This document shows, in pieces, positions 9,925 to 19,600 of a DNA stretch of 64,000 nt. The position numbers were made by a program, and so were the translations under genes. Numbering within the stretch: the stretch's first letter is position 1; every line of letters begins with the position of its first letter. Below the pieces are notes generated by a model that ran no database searches, was not told where the DNA came from, and worked only from the letters and a program-made list of their open reading frames with translations. The stretch lies in the IMG/VR virus record IMGVR_UViG_3300037847_005438, positions 1-64,000 of that record; one strand, given 5' to 3'. This DNA comes from an uncultured virus (IMG/VR IMGVR_UViG_3300037847_005438). Taxonomy: Duplodnaviria; Heunggongvirae; Uroviricota; Caudoviricetes.

Positions 9925-10344
9925 TTATTGATCTTGCCCTAAAACCATAAACTCTATAGTAGTAGGATTTGTTGTAGCGTAAGCTTTATAAGTCTTATCT
10001 CCATGCATAGGTATAAAACCCCAGTCACCTGCGTCTAACTGAAATTGTAAAGGATCTCCTGTGCTAGTATCGTCATATACAAATATTCTATTACCAGCTG
10101 TAGTGTCTAAATTTTTAATATACAAGTAAGGAATAGCAGCAAAATCATCCGCTGTATATAATGTTACTTGTCCACTAGCTGTACCTTTTGCCGTTGATAT
10201 TACTTTTTTTCTAGATAAACCTGTTGTATCTTCTATACCAGTTGCTGTTGTTGTTTTTGTTAGAGTTGCAGTAGACGTAAGAGCTAACTCATCTGATAAT
10301 AAATCAGTGCTACTTAACGTTATTGTTGCTGTTGTTGTCGCCAT
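9925..10344 (-). CDS. virion protein, paralogue 1 of a tandem family
   Basis: MATTTATI, LYIKN, LDAGDWGFIPM. Confidence 0.65.
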   Translation of the reverse strand: MATTTATITLSSTDLLSDELALTSTATLTKTTTATGIEDTTGLSRKKVISTAKGTASGQVTLYTADDFAAIPYLYIKNLDTTAGNRIFVYDDTSTGDPLQFQLDAGDWGFIPMHGDKTYKAYATTNPTTIEFMVLGQDQ

Positions 10345-10350
10345 AATTAT

Positions 10351-12936
10351 TTATTTTATTATTTTTCTTTGTACTGTTCCATCGTTATATATATAAAACA
10401 GAACTTGATTTTTAATTTCTTTTGTAGGTCTTCCTAATAAATCTGTTATTGTTACTAATTTTTTAACCTCTCTTTTTAACAATGGTCCAGACCAACCATC
10501 ATAACAATGATTGTACGTAGCTTGACATATTGTATCCCACTCATTTTCGCAGCAATAATCATCTACTGATAATACCCAGGCATAACAAGGATCGTTTAAC
10601 CAGTAAGGTATACCCGGCCCAGTTATACACTCAGCATCATATAAACAAGATAAACTATCGTTTACGTTTGCTGTTTCGTCATAGTTATATGCGTTAACAT
10701 CCATACATCCTTCAACCACAGATATACACGAACCATTGTCAGTATTAGCCATTGGATCATAGTTAAAAGCAGTACTATCCATACAACCGTAAATATAAGC
10801 AATACAACTAAAATCTTCCGTATTTGCTTGTGGATTATAATTAAGCATGCTAGGATCAGTACAGCCATAAATAAACGGTATACAAGAGTTGTTGTCAGCA
10901 TTAGCAAGAGGATTAAAATTAAACATAGTTGAGTCTGTACAACCAAAAACATAAGGTTCACAACTACCATCATCAGCGTTAGCTAGTGGATTGTAATTAA
11001 ACATTGTAGGATCAGTACAACCATACAAATATGCTATACACGTATCTGGTGTATTAGCATTAGGATTATAATTGAAAGCTAAAGGTTGCATACATCCATA
11101 AATAACAGGTATACATCCACTATTATCTACATTAGCAGTTGAATCATAATTAAACGCTGTAGAGTCCATACAGCCAAATACAGCTATATCTATACATGAG
11201 CCATCATCAACACCAGCTATATAACCTTGTGTGTAATATTGTAAATATCCTGGATTAGTACAACCAGGATTATAATAACAAGTATCATTAGTATTTGCTA
11301 AAGCGTTATAGTTATAAGCTAAAGTGTCCATACAACCTAAAACTACAGGCACACACTCAACACCACAAAAAGGATAAGCTTCATATATGTCTAATTCACT
11401 TCTATAATGTCTTAATTTATTTTCATTTGGACCAGGCCAAGGGTTATTACCTTCATATATTATAGTCCCATAACTATTTTCTACTTTAAATGAATTTTGT
11501 ATTGTTTGTATATCTAATTGTTGTGCGTTTTGTTGAGGTGTAGGTATTTCAAAGTAGTAAAAATAAACTTCATCATTAGAATTAAGATTTAAAGCAAATG
11601 TATCAGAATATATACCGTTTTGATTTATTCTAAACTGCCACAATGAATCACCTTGTTCAACACCTAACCAACAAGCACCCCATGAATCACCACCATCATC
11701 ATATAGTATTAAATCATAAGTACAAGGTGAAGTTCTTAACATGCGATCTGCATTAGGATCGTAATTAAAAGCAGCTGGATCTGTACAGCCATAAGTAGCT
11801 AATGTAACACAACTACCATCATCAACAGTAGCTAGCGAATCATATTCTAAGTAACTAGGTGTTGTGCAACCATATATTATAGTGTCATTATTACATTGAT
11901 CGGATATATAAGGGTTAGAAGAATCTGTATAACCAAAATTAGGTGGATTTAAATAAAATATTGTATCTTCACAATCTATATTTGTAACTAAGCAACTTCC
12001 AACTACTGAACCACCACCTATACCATCTCCATAGGTATCATTAATAGTAAAAACTATTGTGTCACCTACAGGTATACAAACTTGTGTGTGTATTGTTTGG
12101 CCCGTTTGTGTGTAATTGTAAGTTCCAGATGGTACAGAATATATTATATTTCCATTAGCAGTAACATCCCAAGATGTTTCACTTGGCCAATTATCTAATT
12201 TTATAGCTACATCAATCAAAGACTCAGTAGAATCACAATTAATATCTTGTATACAGCTACTGTCATCTACGTTAGCCCAAGGATTATAATTTGTAGCCGC
12301 AGGATCTGTACAACCAAAATAATAAATACAACTACCATTATCATGGGTAGCTAATGGGTCATAGTTAGAGGACACTGTATCTGTACAACCGTATACAACT
12401 GTATATGGATTACTAATCATTATATCATCTATACATATATCGCTAGTATAACTAGATCCTGTTATAGCTTTAAATTTTATTTTAAAAGGTGTTATTGGCG
12501 TTATTGGATAATAAGCTAATTTCCATTGATCTCCTTGATTTCCAGATATAGTGTCTAAAGCGGTGTAACCACTAGAATCTACTATGCCAACCTCTAAATC
12601 ACCCATAGCAGCACCATACATATGATACCAAAACGATAAAACTTTACCAGGTGTTTGTGATATATCAAACATTGGTGTATATATCGTAAAAACTTTACCA
12701 CCATAGTTTTGACCAGAAGATTCTACATAAAAATAAATACCACTACCTGTTGTGTGATCTCCAGATGGTCCAGTGTTAAAAGAACTTGTTGGTCCCTGCA
12801 TTAACCACCAATCACCAAAATCATTAGCATCTTGCTCCAAAGCAATACCATTTTCAAAATCATAAATCCAAGGAAACTGATTTATTTGTGAAAAGCTAAA
12901 TATAGGTAATAATAATAGTAGTAATAATTTTTTCAT
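10351..12936 (-). CDS. secreted MAM-domain protein with Cys-rich GCTDP repeats and T9SS-like C-terminal sorting tail
   Basis: Signal peptide MKKLLLLLLLPIFSFS; MAM motifs TGPSGDHT, LSFWYHMYG, GNQGDQW, ICIDDI; about 13 GC(T/M)DxxAxNYxxxAxxDDGSC repeats; C-terminal ITDLLGR...YIYNDGTVQRKIIK. Confidence 0.8.
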   Translation of the reverse strand: MKKLLLLLLLPIFSFSQINQFPWIYDFENGIALEQDANDFGDWWLMQGPTSSFNTGPSGDHTTGSGIYFYVESSGQNYGGKVFTIYTPMFDISQTPGKVLSFWYHMYGAAMGDLEVGIVDSSGYTALDTISGNQGDQWKLAYYPITPITPFKIKFKAITGSSYTSDICIDDIMISNPYTVVYGCTDTVSSNYDPLATHDNGSCIYYFGCTDPAATNYNPWANVDDSSCIQDINCDSTESLIDVAIKLDNWPSETSWDVTANGNIIYSVPSGTYNYTQTGQTIHTQVCIPVGDTIVFTINDTYGDGIGGGSVVGSCLVTNIDCEDTIFYLNPPNFGYTDSSNPYISDQCNNDTIIYGCTTPSYLEYDSLATVDDGSCVTLATYGCTDPAAFNYDPNADRMLRTSPCTYDLILYDDGGDSWGACWLGVEQGDSLWQFRINQNGIYSDTFALNLNSNDEVYFYYFEIPTPQQNAQQLDIQTIQNSFKVENSYGTIIYEGNNPWPGPNENKLRHYRSELDIYEAYPFCGVECVPVVLGCMDTLAYNYNALANTNDTCYYNPGCTNPGYLQYYTQGYIAGVDDGSCIDIAVFGCMDSTAFNYDSTANVDNSGCIPVIYGCMQPLAFNYNPNANTPDTCIAYLYGCTDPTMFNYNPLANADDGSCEPYVFGCTDSTMFNFNPLANADNNSCIPFIYGCTDPSMLNYNPQANTEDFSCIAYIYGCMDSTAFNYDPMANTDNGSCISVVEGCMDVNAYNYDETANVNDSLSCLYDAECITGPGIPYWLNDPCYAWVLSVDDYCCENEWDTICQATYNHCYDGWSGPLLKREVKKLVTITDLLGRPTKEIKNQVLFYIYNDGTVQRKIIK

Positions 12937-12944
12937 TTTATTTT

Positions 12945-13031
12945 TTATTTACAACAGTTTTTAGCACATAAATTAAAACATAATTTACCAAAAGTAATTT
13001 TACATATAAGTTTACAAATTTTTTCTTTCAT
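12945..13031 (-). CDS. 28-aa Cys-rich cationic peptide (absent from ORF track)
   Basis: Hand translation MKEKICKLICKITFGKLCFNLCAKNCCK; fills the gap between two genes with an A/T-rich leader. Confidence 0.6.
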   Translation of the reverse strand: MKEKICKLICKITFGKLCFNLCAKNCCK

Positions 13032-13038
13032 AATAATT

Positions 13039-13410
13039 TTATTTTTCTCCACATTTTTTTGAAGGGTTATTTACTTGTCTCCAGTCTTCTTTTTGAAACC
13101 AATCGCGCAACGTAGCGCCTTTTTTACGAGCACCTTTTACGTTTGTTTTTGAAGAGCGTCTATACTTACCAGCTTTACCAGCTTTTTGTTTAGCGTTAAC
13201 AAGTCTTTGTCTTTCAGATTTACTCATCGCGTCTATTTTTGCTTTTGGTAAGCATGTTTTACGAGTACCACCACCTTTTTGTTTTTTAGCTATAGGAGAT
13301 GATTTACGACAACTACCTTTAGCTCCTTTTTTAGTACCAGGTACACGCTCATATCCTTCCCAACAAGGCAATGGACTATTCTTAACAAACTTAGACTTAA
13401 TGTCGTACAC
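13039..13410 (-). CDS. basic hypothetical protein (DUF5872-like)
   Basis: CWEGYERVPG, CLPKAK, LRDWFQKEDW motifs; Lys/Arg-rich. Confidence 0.6.
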   Translation of the reverse strand: MYDIKSKFVKNSPLPCWEGYERVPGTKKGAKGSCRKSSPIAKKQKGGGTRKTCLPKAKIDAMSKSERQRLVNAKQKAGKAGKYRRSSKTNVKGARKKGATLRDWFQKEDWRQVNNPSKKCGEK

Positions 13411-13703
13411 TACTTCTTTTTCATTTTCATACCAGCAACTTTTTTCATCATTACCGCTGCTTTTTTCATCATCATACCTGATTTTTTAAGTTTCATTGCT
13501 GATTCTTTTTTAAGCTTCATAGCAGCTTTTTTCATAGTCATAGCTGAATCTTTCATTTTTTTCATTGTAGCTGGAGATGCTAATATTTTTTTCTTTAATT
13601 CTTCTGGTAAATTTTTTTGTTTACCAACTAAAGGTTTTTTTACTGGTGATTTTTTAGCCATTTTCATAGCTGTTTTTTTCATTTTTGCAGGTGCTTTTTT
13701 CAT
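13410..13703 (-). CDS. Lys/Met/Ala-rich histone-H1-like low-complexity protein
   Basis: Repeated AMKLKK/MMKK units with SP dipeptides; KPLVGKQKNLPEELKKKI core. Confidence 0.65.
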   Translation of the reverse strand: MKKAPAKMKKTAMKMAKKSPVKKPLVGKQKNLPEELKKKILASPATMKKMKDSAMTMKKAAMKLKKESAMKLKKSGMMMKKAAVMMKKVAGMKMKKK

Positions 13704-13705
13704 TT

Positions 13706-14236
13706 TTAAATACTGTTTTTTATATGTTTATACATTGAGTTACCTAATTCTTCGCCCATCTTACTGTCTGACTTATAGTGAGCGCGGGCAACTCTACGAC
13801 TATAAGAAATGTTTTTTGCTGTAGCCATAAATCCTTTTCTTGATCTAGGATATTTATCGCTTAAATAATTACCTATTAAAAAACCTTGAACAGAATGTCC
13901 TGATGGATAAGAAGGTGTTTTCATAGATTTCATAACAAAAGCTGATAGCTTTTTATCAAGTTCATAAGGTCTTTTTCTATTATGATGTTTCTTTAACTCT
14001 AATATCACAGGTGCTGACTCTTTTATAAGTTTTGCAGCAATGTTTTTATCATAATCTTTTATACCTTGTTCTTCAGCTGTTTTTTTAAATGCAGCTTCTA
14101 TATTATCATAATCTTTTACAAACTTTTTATTTAAAGGTATTTTTTTAAGCTCATTTATTTCTGTACGAGTAGTGTAACCACTGTCAACTGGTGGTTTCTT
14201 TTTTTTAAACGGCTTTGTGTCAAAGTCTTTAAACAT
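13706..14236 (-). CDS. PAP2-superfamily phosphatase / haloperoxidase-like
   Basis: Three PAP2 motifs: KKHHNRKRPY, SYPSGHS, SRRVARAHYKSD. Confidence 0.85.
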   Translation of the reverse strand: MFKDFDTKPFKKKKPPVDSGYTTRTEINELKKIPLNKKFVKDYDNIEAAFKKTAEEQGIKDYDKNIAAKLIKESAPVILELKKHHNRKRPYELDKKLSAFVMKSMKTPSYPSGHSVQGFLIGNYLSDKYPRSRKGFMATAKNISYSRRVARAHYKSDSKMGEELGNSMYKHIKNSI

Positions 14237-14496
14237 TATTTTTTCTTTTTACCGCCACCAAATTTACCTGGACCACCAGCTCTAGTACATCTTACACCCC
14301 AACCAGAAGCATAAGCACTAGGCCATACTTTAAACTTACGTTTAGCAGCAGCTTTGCACGCTGCAGATATTTTTTTTAAAGCAGAACTTTTTGTCATTTT
14401 AAAACTAGTAATTTTCATTTTGTTTGGATTACCTTTACCACCGTCTGCCTTACTAGCATGTACAGCTTTTCTTTGTGCGTCACTTACGTATCCCAT
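14236..14496 (-). CDS. basic hypothetical protein (DUF5872-like)
   Basis: CKAAAKRKFKVWPSAYASGWGVRC; start reassigned to MGYVSDAQRKAV. Confidence 0.6.
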   Translation of the reverse strand: MGYVSDAQRKAVHASKADGGKGNPNKMKITSFKMTKSSALKKISAACKAAAKRKFKVWPSAYASGWGVRCTRAGGPGKFGGGKKKK

Positions 14497-14509
14497 AATT
14501 ATTATTTTT

Positions 14510-14926
14510 TTAACATTTCCATCTACGTCTAGCGGCTCTACCTCTTTCACCGGTCCAACCTTTTGATCTAGCGCAGAACGACTTTCTTCTTTTTGCGGCT
14601 TTACTACCTGGTTTAACTTTTCCTGTTACAGCTGTTTTAAGCTTACTTCCAGGGTTTTTACGCCTATATTCTTTAACTCCTTTAGCGGTCATCCCAGCGC
14701 CTTCCTTGACTGTTCTAAAGTTACGACCTTTACCTTTTGTAGTTTTTCTAGGTTCGTTACTCTTTTTTCTTTTTCTTTTTCTTTTCTCTAATGGCGAATC
14801 CATTTCAAAAATAGGATCTCCATCATTTCTACGCCTACCACAACTAGTTACAGCAAAAGGATTGTTCTTTTGAACATAACCTTCTGTTTTTTTAAACATA
14901 CTATTTTGTTTTTCTGATCCTGGCAT
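14510..14926 (-). CDS. basic protein, DUF6321-like
   Basis: GMTAKGVKEYRRKNPGSKLKTAVTG...AKRRKSFCARS...RRRWKC. Confidence 0.65.
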   Translation of the reverse strand: MPGSEKQNSMFKKTEGYVQKNNPFAVTSCGRRRNDGDPIFEMDSPLEKRKRKRKKSNEPRKTTKGKGRNFRTVKEGAGMTAKGVKEYRRKNPGSKLKTAVTGKVKPGSKAAKRRKSFCARSKGWTGERGRAARRRWKC

Positions 14927-14928
14927 AA

Positions 14929-15291
14929 TTAAAAGTCACTCATTAATATATTATCTATTTCATCTTGTACTTCTTCTCTTGTTGCCACCATTTTAAAGCT
15001 TAAGTCAGCTTGAAATCTAGCAACTTCTTCTCCATCTTTAAATATAATTATAGTAGGTACAACAGCTATTTTATGTTTTGTTGCTTCGTCTGGATTTTTA
15101 GCTATATCTGTATAGCCTTTAGTATTACAATCGTTTAACTCCATTACCCAAGGAACATCATTAGCACTATTCCACTCAGCATTAAATTGTTTAACTTCTA
15201 TTTGCCCGAATGCTGTACTAAAGATAAAAACAAAAAACATAATAAGCATATACACAGTAAAAAGTTTCCAATTGACATTTTCTTTTTCCAT
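14929..15291 (-). CDS. exported thioredoxin-fold protein lacking CxxC
   Basis: N-terminal signal/TM segment; QFNAEWNSAN replaces FxAxWCxxC; keeps VPTIIIFKDGEEVARF. Confidence 0.75.
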   Translation of the reverse strand: MEKENVNWKLFTVYMLIMFFVFIFSTAFGQIEVKQFNAEWNSANDVPWVMELNDCNTKGYTDIAKNPDEATKHKIAVVPTIIIFKDGEEVARFQADLSFKMVATREEVQDEIDNILMSDF

Positions 15292-15296
15292 TTAAT

Positions 15297-15578
15297 TTAT
15301 CTATTGTATAATTTATCTTCTATTTTTTCTATTGAAGCTTTTATCTCTTGCACGTCTTTTTGAGTATCCATAATTGTGTTACGTATCATTTGATCTTTCA
15401 TGTTAAATTCCATACGTGTAACTTCATCAGGTGGAATAATCGGTAATTCTTTTGCTTCTGCTATATCAGCTTGTAACATAAACCACATACTTATTAGCGT
15501 AGCCATACCAAAACCTATAGCTATTAAGGTTTTTATACTTAACACAAAACCTGTATCTTCATTTAATTCTTTTGCCAT
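15297..15578 (-). CDS. single-pass membrane protein with C-terminal coiled coil
   Basis: Hydrophobic LIAIGFGMATLISMWFML; heptads DVQEIKASIEKIEDKL. Confidence 0.65.
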   Translation of the reverse strand: MAKELNEDTGFVLSIKTLIAIGFGMATLISMWFMLQADIAEAKELPIIPPDEVTRMEFNMKDQMIRNTIMDTQKDVQEIKASIEKIEDKLYNR

Positions 15579-15579
15579 T

Positions 15580-16659
15580 TTAAAAAATTGTGTAATTTAA
15601 TCCTATTTTAAAATCGTACCACTCACGATTCCAATATTTATTATATTTACCTTCTACAAAATATCCTAAATTTTTATTTTGTTTGATACCATATATCAAT
15701 CCACCTGAGTAATCATACCACTGATCTTCTGTTATAAAGTTATGATAGCTAAACTCACTACCATCGTTGTAATGATAAGGCATAATATTACCCCAAACAT
15801 GTAACCAATTTTTCTTAGTATATTTGTAATAATCAAAACCAAAAACAATTGAATGTTGTATGATTTTATCTAGTTGATCTCTTTTTTTAGCAACGTAATT
15901 TGATAACACCTCTGGTATTACAACCGCTTCCCATACCTCAGGACTAGTAGCAACTAAAACTCCGTTAGGATCAAAGTATTCACTGTTCTGAACGTCTATA
16001 GTGTATCCTTCTTGTATCGCTAAATATGTGTAGTGTAAATTACCATTATCTAACATCCACTCTGCTAAAGGATCATAACCATATGGTTCTGCTAATCTAT
16101 GTACAGCTCCAACATTAAAAGATAAATCTCTAGTTTTTTTATACCTAAACCTTTCAGATGCTTCAAAGTATTTTATATCAGCAAAACCATCTTCAAGATA
16201 TTCTAGCTTTAAAGCAAAAAAGTTTACACATAATGGATCTTCACAATCATCATCAGAACTAAACCTAATAAAATGATGTTGATCCATATAATCTACACCT
16301 TCTTGTCTTTTATAATCTACCTCAAATAAATATTCAACTCCTCTAACTTTACCAACAGTAGCCGCATCACTGTAGTTTGATTCAGTTCCATCGTAAAATG
16401 TTTGTGCTTTATTCTCATATCCAAACCTCGCTATTTTACGTAAACCAATAGTAAAATTATAGTCATAAGGAGTTGAAACAGTTTGTGTTGACAAACCGTT
16501 ATCAACAGAAAAAACTTTAACGTCAGACAATGAAGTACCACCGTTAACCGCGGCGTAAAACGTGGAAAACTTTAAAAGCTTTTTAATATCTATATCATAT
16601 GTCTGAGCTACTGTTATATTAGATATAAATAGTAGCAGTAATATTAGTCTTTTCACCAT
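15580..16659 (-). CDS. putative outer-membrane beta-barrel protein
   Basis: Signal peptide; aromatic-rich alternating strands; C-terminal FKIGLNYTIF. Confidence 0.65.
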   Translation of the reverse strand: MVKRLILLLLFISNITVAQTYDIDIKKLLKFSTFYAAVNGGTSLSDVKVFSVDNGLSTQTVSTPYDYNFTIGLRKIARFGYENKAQTFYDGTESNYSDAATVGKVRGVEYLFEVDYKRQEGVDYMDQHHFIRFSSDDDCEDPLCVNFFALKLEYLEDGFADIKYFEASERFRYKKTRDLSFNVGAVHRLAEPYGYDPLAEWMLDNGNLHYTYLAIQEGYTIDVQNSEYFDPNGVLVATSPEVWEAVVIPEVLSNYVAKKRDQLDKIIQHSIVFGFDYYKYTKKNWLHVWGNIMPYHYNDGSEFSYHNFITEDQWYDYSGGLIYGIKQNKNLGYFVEGKYNKYWNREWYDFKIGLNYTIF

Positions 16660-16664
16660 TGTTA

Positions 16665-16692
16665 TATAGTCACTTATTTTTTTAAATGTTTA
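16665..16692 (-). promoter_or_regulatory. putative late promoter motif TAAA-N15-GTGACTATA
   Basis: Same spacing as the copies at 27185-27212 and 56606-56633; intergenic, upstream of ATG. Confidence 0.55.
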
Positions 16693-16693
16693 A

Positions 16694-19600
16694 TTATCTA
16701 GTTCTAGTTCTTGTTCTTGTTCTAGTTCTAGTTCTTGTCCTTCTAGATTTAGTTTCTTTATTAACCTGTTTATTTGTTTTCTTTATTCTTTCTTTTACTT
16801 CTTTTATTTCTTTATCTTCAATACCAAGCTCCCATTTACTCCAACCTAAAGCAAGAGCAAGTCTTTGCCACCAAGCGTTTTCACTGTCTAAAGCTGTTCT
16901 TACATTTTCAACTTTTCTAAGTAATCTAGCTACAGGTACATTAGTTGCACCTTCTACTAAATTACCATAAGCATCCCATATAGGATTATCAATATCAAAA
17001 GTATTCATTTCAGGTATTACTTTTTTATTATATTCCATAGTTTTTTCAAAACTATCTAGCTTTCTAATTTTAATACCAACTGGTGGTGATAACTGTAATA
17101 ACTCATCACTTATAACTCCTAATTGTTTACCCCAACCTTTTTCGTTTTGTTCACCGTATTTTATAACTGCATTTTTTATAACAGATAAAACAGCACCACC
17201 AACACCACTACCTCTTAATATACTGTCTATACTACCGTTTAACAATCTTTGTTTTTTGTTCTTAAAAAATTTATCATCTTGCTCATCATCTTCAAAAGCC
17301 ATAGCAAATAAAGCGCTTTGTAAACTGTAGAATATAATGTTTTGTATAGCCCCGTAATATATTATTTTAGATATATTAGACATGTCGCTTTGCACTTGTG
17401 TTGTGTATGGTGGTGATTTTCTTCTATTAATTAAGTCTGAGCCAGCTTTTTTAATTAATCTAACATACTGCGATGTTACATTTTGAAAAGCTAATATCAT
17501 ACGACCAAGTACTGAAGCTTGTTGTTGTGAGATCATATCTGGTCTAGCAGACTGCTGTGTACTTTCTGCTGTAGCTTGAAAATCTTCAAAAGCTTTTATC
17601 TCAGCTTCTTTTTGTGATAAACCTTGTTTTATATACGTATTAATTCTATTTCTATAAAAAGTAGAACCACCAATTGCTATAGCGAAACTATCAGCCATTT
17701 GAGTAGGTAAAAAACCTTTATTTAATATAAAAGCTATAGCAGCTTTAACAGGATTTTTTGCCTTTTTAACAGCGCTAGCTATTTCAGCTCCATTAACATC
17801 AAAACCAACACCAGCTCTTCTTTGTTTTAAAAAGTCTGAATTAAATAATTTAGCAAAATCAGACCAAAACTGTGCTTGATTAGCAAAAGCTTTAGCGGCT
17901 TTAAATATGTTATTGTCGGCAAAGTTTATAAAATTAACAGCTGATAAAGTCTGTAAAACAGCAGATCTAGCATTAAAAAACATTGTAGCACCAATAGAAC
18001 CATTTAAGTAATCTAAAAATGCGTTTACCTGTCTATTACCACCTTGTTTTCTGTTGGTACCAGTTTTTATTCTTGATAGCATGTCTTGCAACGCTTCAAC
18101 AAAGTTATCACCAAAAGCAGCTCTAATTTTGTTTATATTTTCATTACTAAATATTATATCAGCGTTTTCAATAAACTCTGCAAAAAATTTAGCTCTACCA
18201 ACTCTACCTGTAGCGTCTGCTAAATCTTGTCTTATATTACCACTTATCCAATGCTCACCCGGCTCTACATAACCTTCTTCTATTTTAGATATTTGACCTA
18301 CCTTATCTGCAAATGCTTTTAACTTGTTATCTGAATTAACTAACTCTACAAGCTTGTTAGTGTCTGTTTCACTAAGACCAGGTATATCAAAACTAGCTTT
18401 TTTCCATAAATATACTCTAACAGCATCATCATACGTAAAATCACCATCAGGTGTGCTTTTGGTAAGCTTTTTACGTATATCTGGCATTTGTTTAGTTAAA
18501 TTTCTATAATCGTTAGCTATAGCTTGTTTAGCCATGTTAAGCTCTCTATACGCTCTGTTAAGTGGTTTTATAAGTGCTTTTTCAAAAAAGTCTCTATGTT
18601 TGTTACCCTGCTCACCTTTACCTATAAAGTTATATAATAAACCTATAAAATCTTCATGTGATGGTGGTACAAAAAATCTAAACCTACCTTTACCTTCGCC
18701 ACGTTTTCTAGCTTTAGCATCAGAAAAACGTTTTTGTGATTCAATACCAGCTACATCTTCTAATATATCATTAAATCTATCGTTCATTGAAGCGCTAAAT
18801 TTTGTTTTAGCTTGTACAACTTTTGATTTAATATCTAGTTGCTCTAAAACACTTTTTACAGCTTTAACATTTGGTAAAGCATCATCAACAAAATACATGT
18901 CATTATATCCTTCTGCAAACTTTTCCAACATCCAAACAGCTTTTGCTTCACCAGTACTATTACCTAAACCGGTTATATTTTCTAAAGGTATATTTATACC
19001 TTTTGATTTTAACCAAGCGTGTATTGCTTCTGCGCTTTGTGGTGGTCTAGCTGTTAACACAAAAACATTACTAGGTCCAAACTTTTTAATTTGATTACGC
19101 ATTTTTTGCAATAATGGCCCTTCAACACCACCTCTTACATTTATAAAATCAGTAAAATCAAACTCATAACCTTGTTCAGCAAGAGCAGATCCCAATATAG
19201 GCCAATCACTACTACTTATTTTAATAGTTTCTTTACCTTTTTTAGCTATTATAAAGTTTTCACCTTTGTCAATTAGTGTTTCATCAAAATCAAAAGTAGA
19301 CATACCTCTTGATGATTTGCTATACACATTTGACCTTGCTTTTTGCGTAGCTTTGCTAGATGCCTTACCAGCAGACTGCTCATTGTTACCATAAACTTTA
19401 CTCTTGTCTTTAAAATCAACTTTATCTACTGCTTTTTTAACTTTTGGATTATGCATTCTATCTACACCAGTTGATTTAAGTTTTTGTTCATTTAATATTT
19501 TATCTATAGTTTTTGGTATTAAATTAACTTTAGAGTTATTAAATATACTTTTTAAATCACTTACGCTAATTTTATTATCTATAGCGGCAATAGTTTTTTG

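Noticed and set aside
10600..12390. GCTDP repeats as a diversity-generating retroelement template/variable repeat pair
   Set aside because: The repeats are in-frame protein repeats diverged at all bases, and no reverse transcriptase is in the window
16686..16970. + strand ORF with LVLVLV repeat
   Set aside because: Antisense shadow of the Arg-Thr repeat tail of the 2292-aa gene
19270..19310. FDFDE as a possible virion RNA polymerase DxDxD motif, as in crAss-like phages
   Set aside because: Context (DxDET, LTAR, VDD) fits a HAD phosphatase, and the third catalytic Asp is missing
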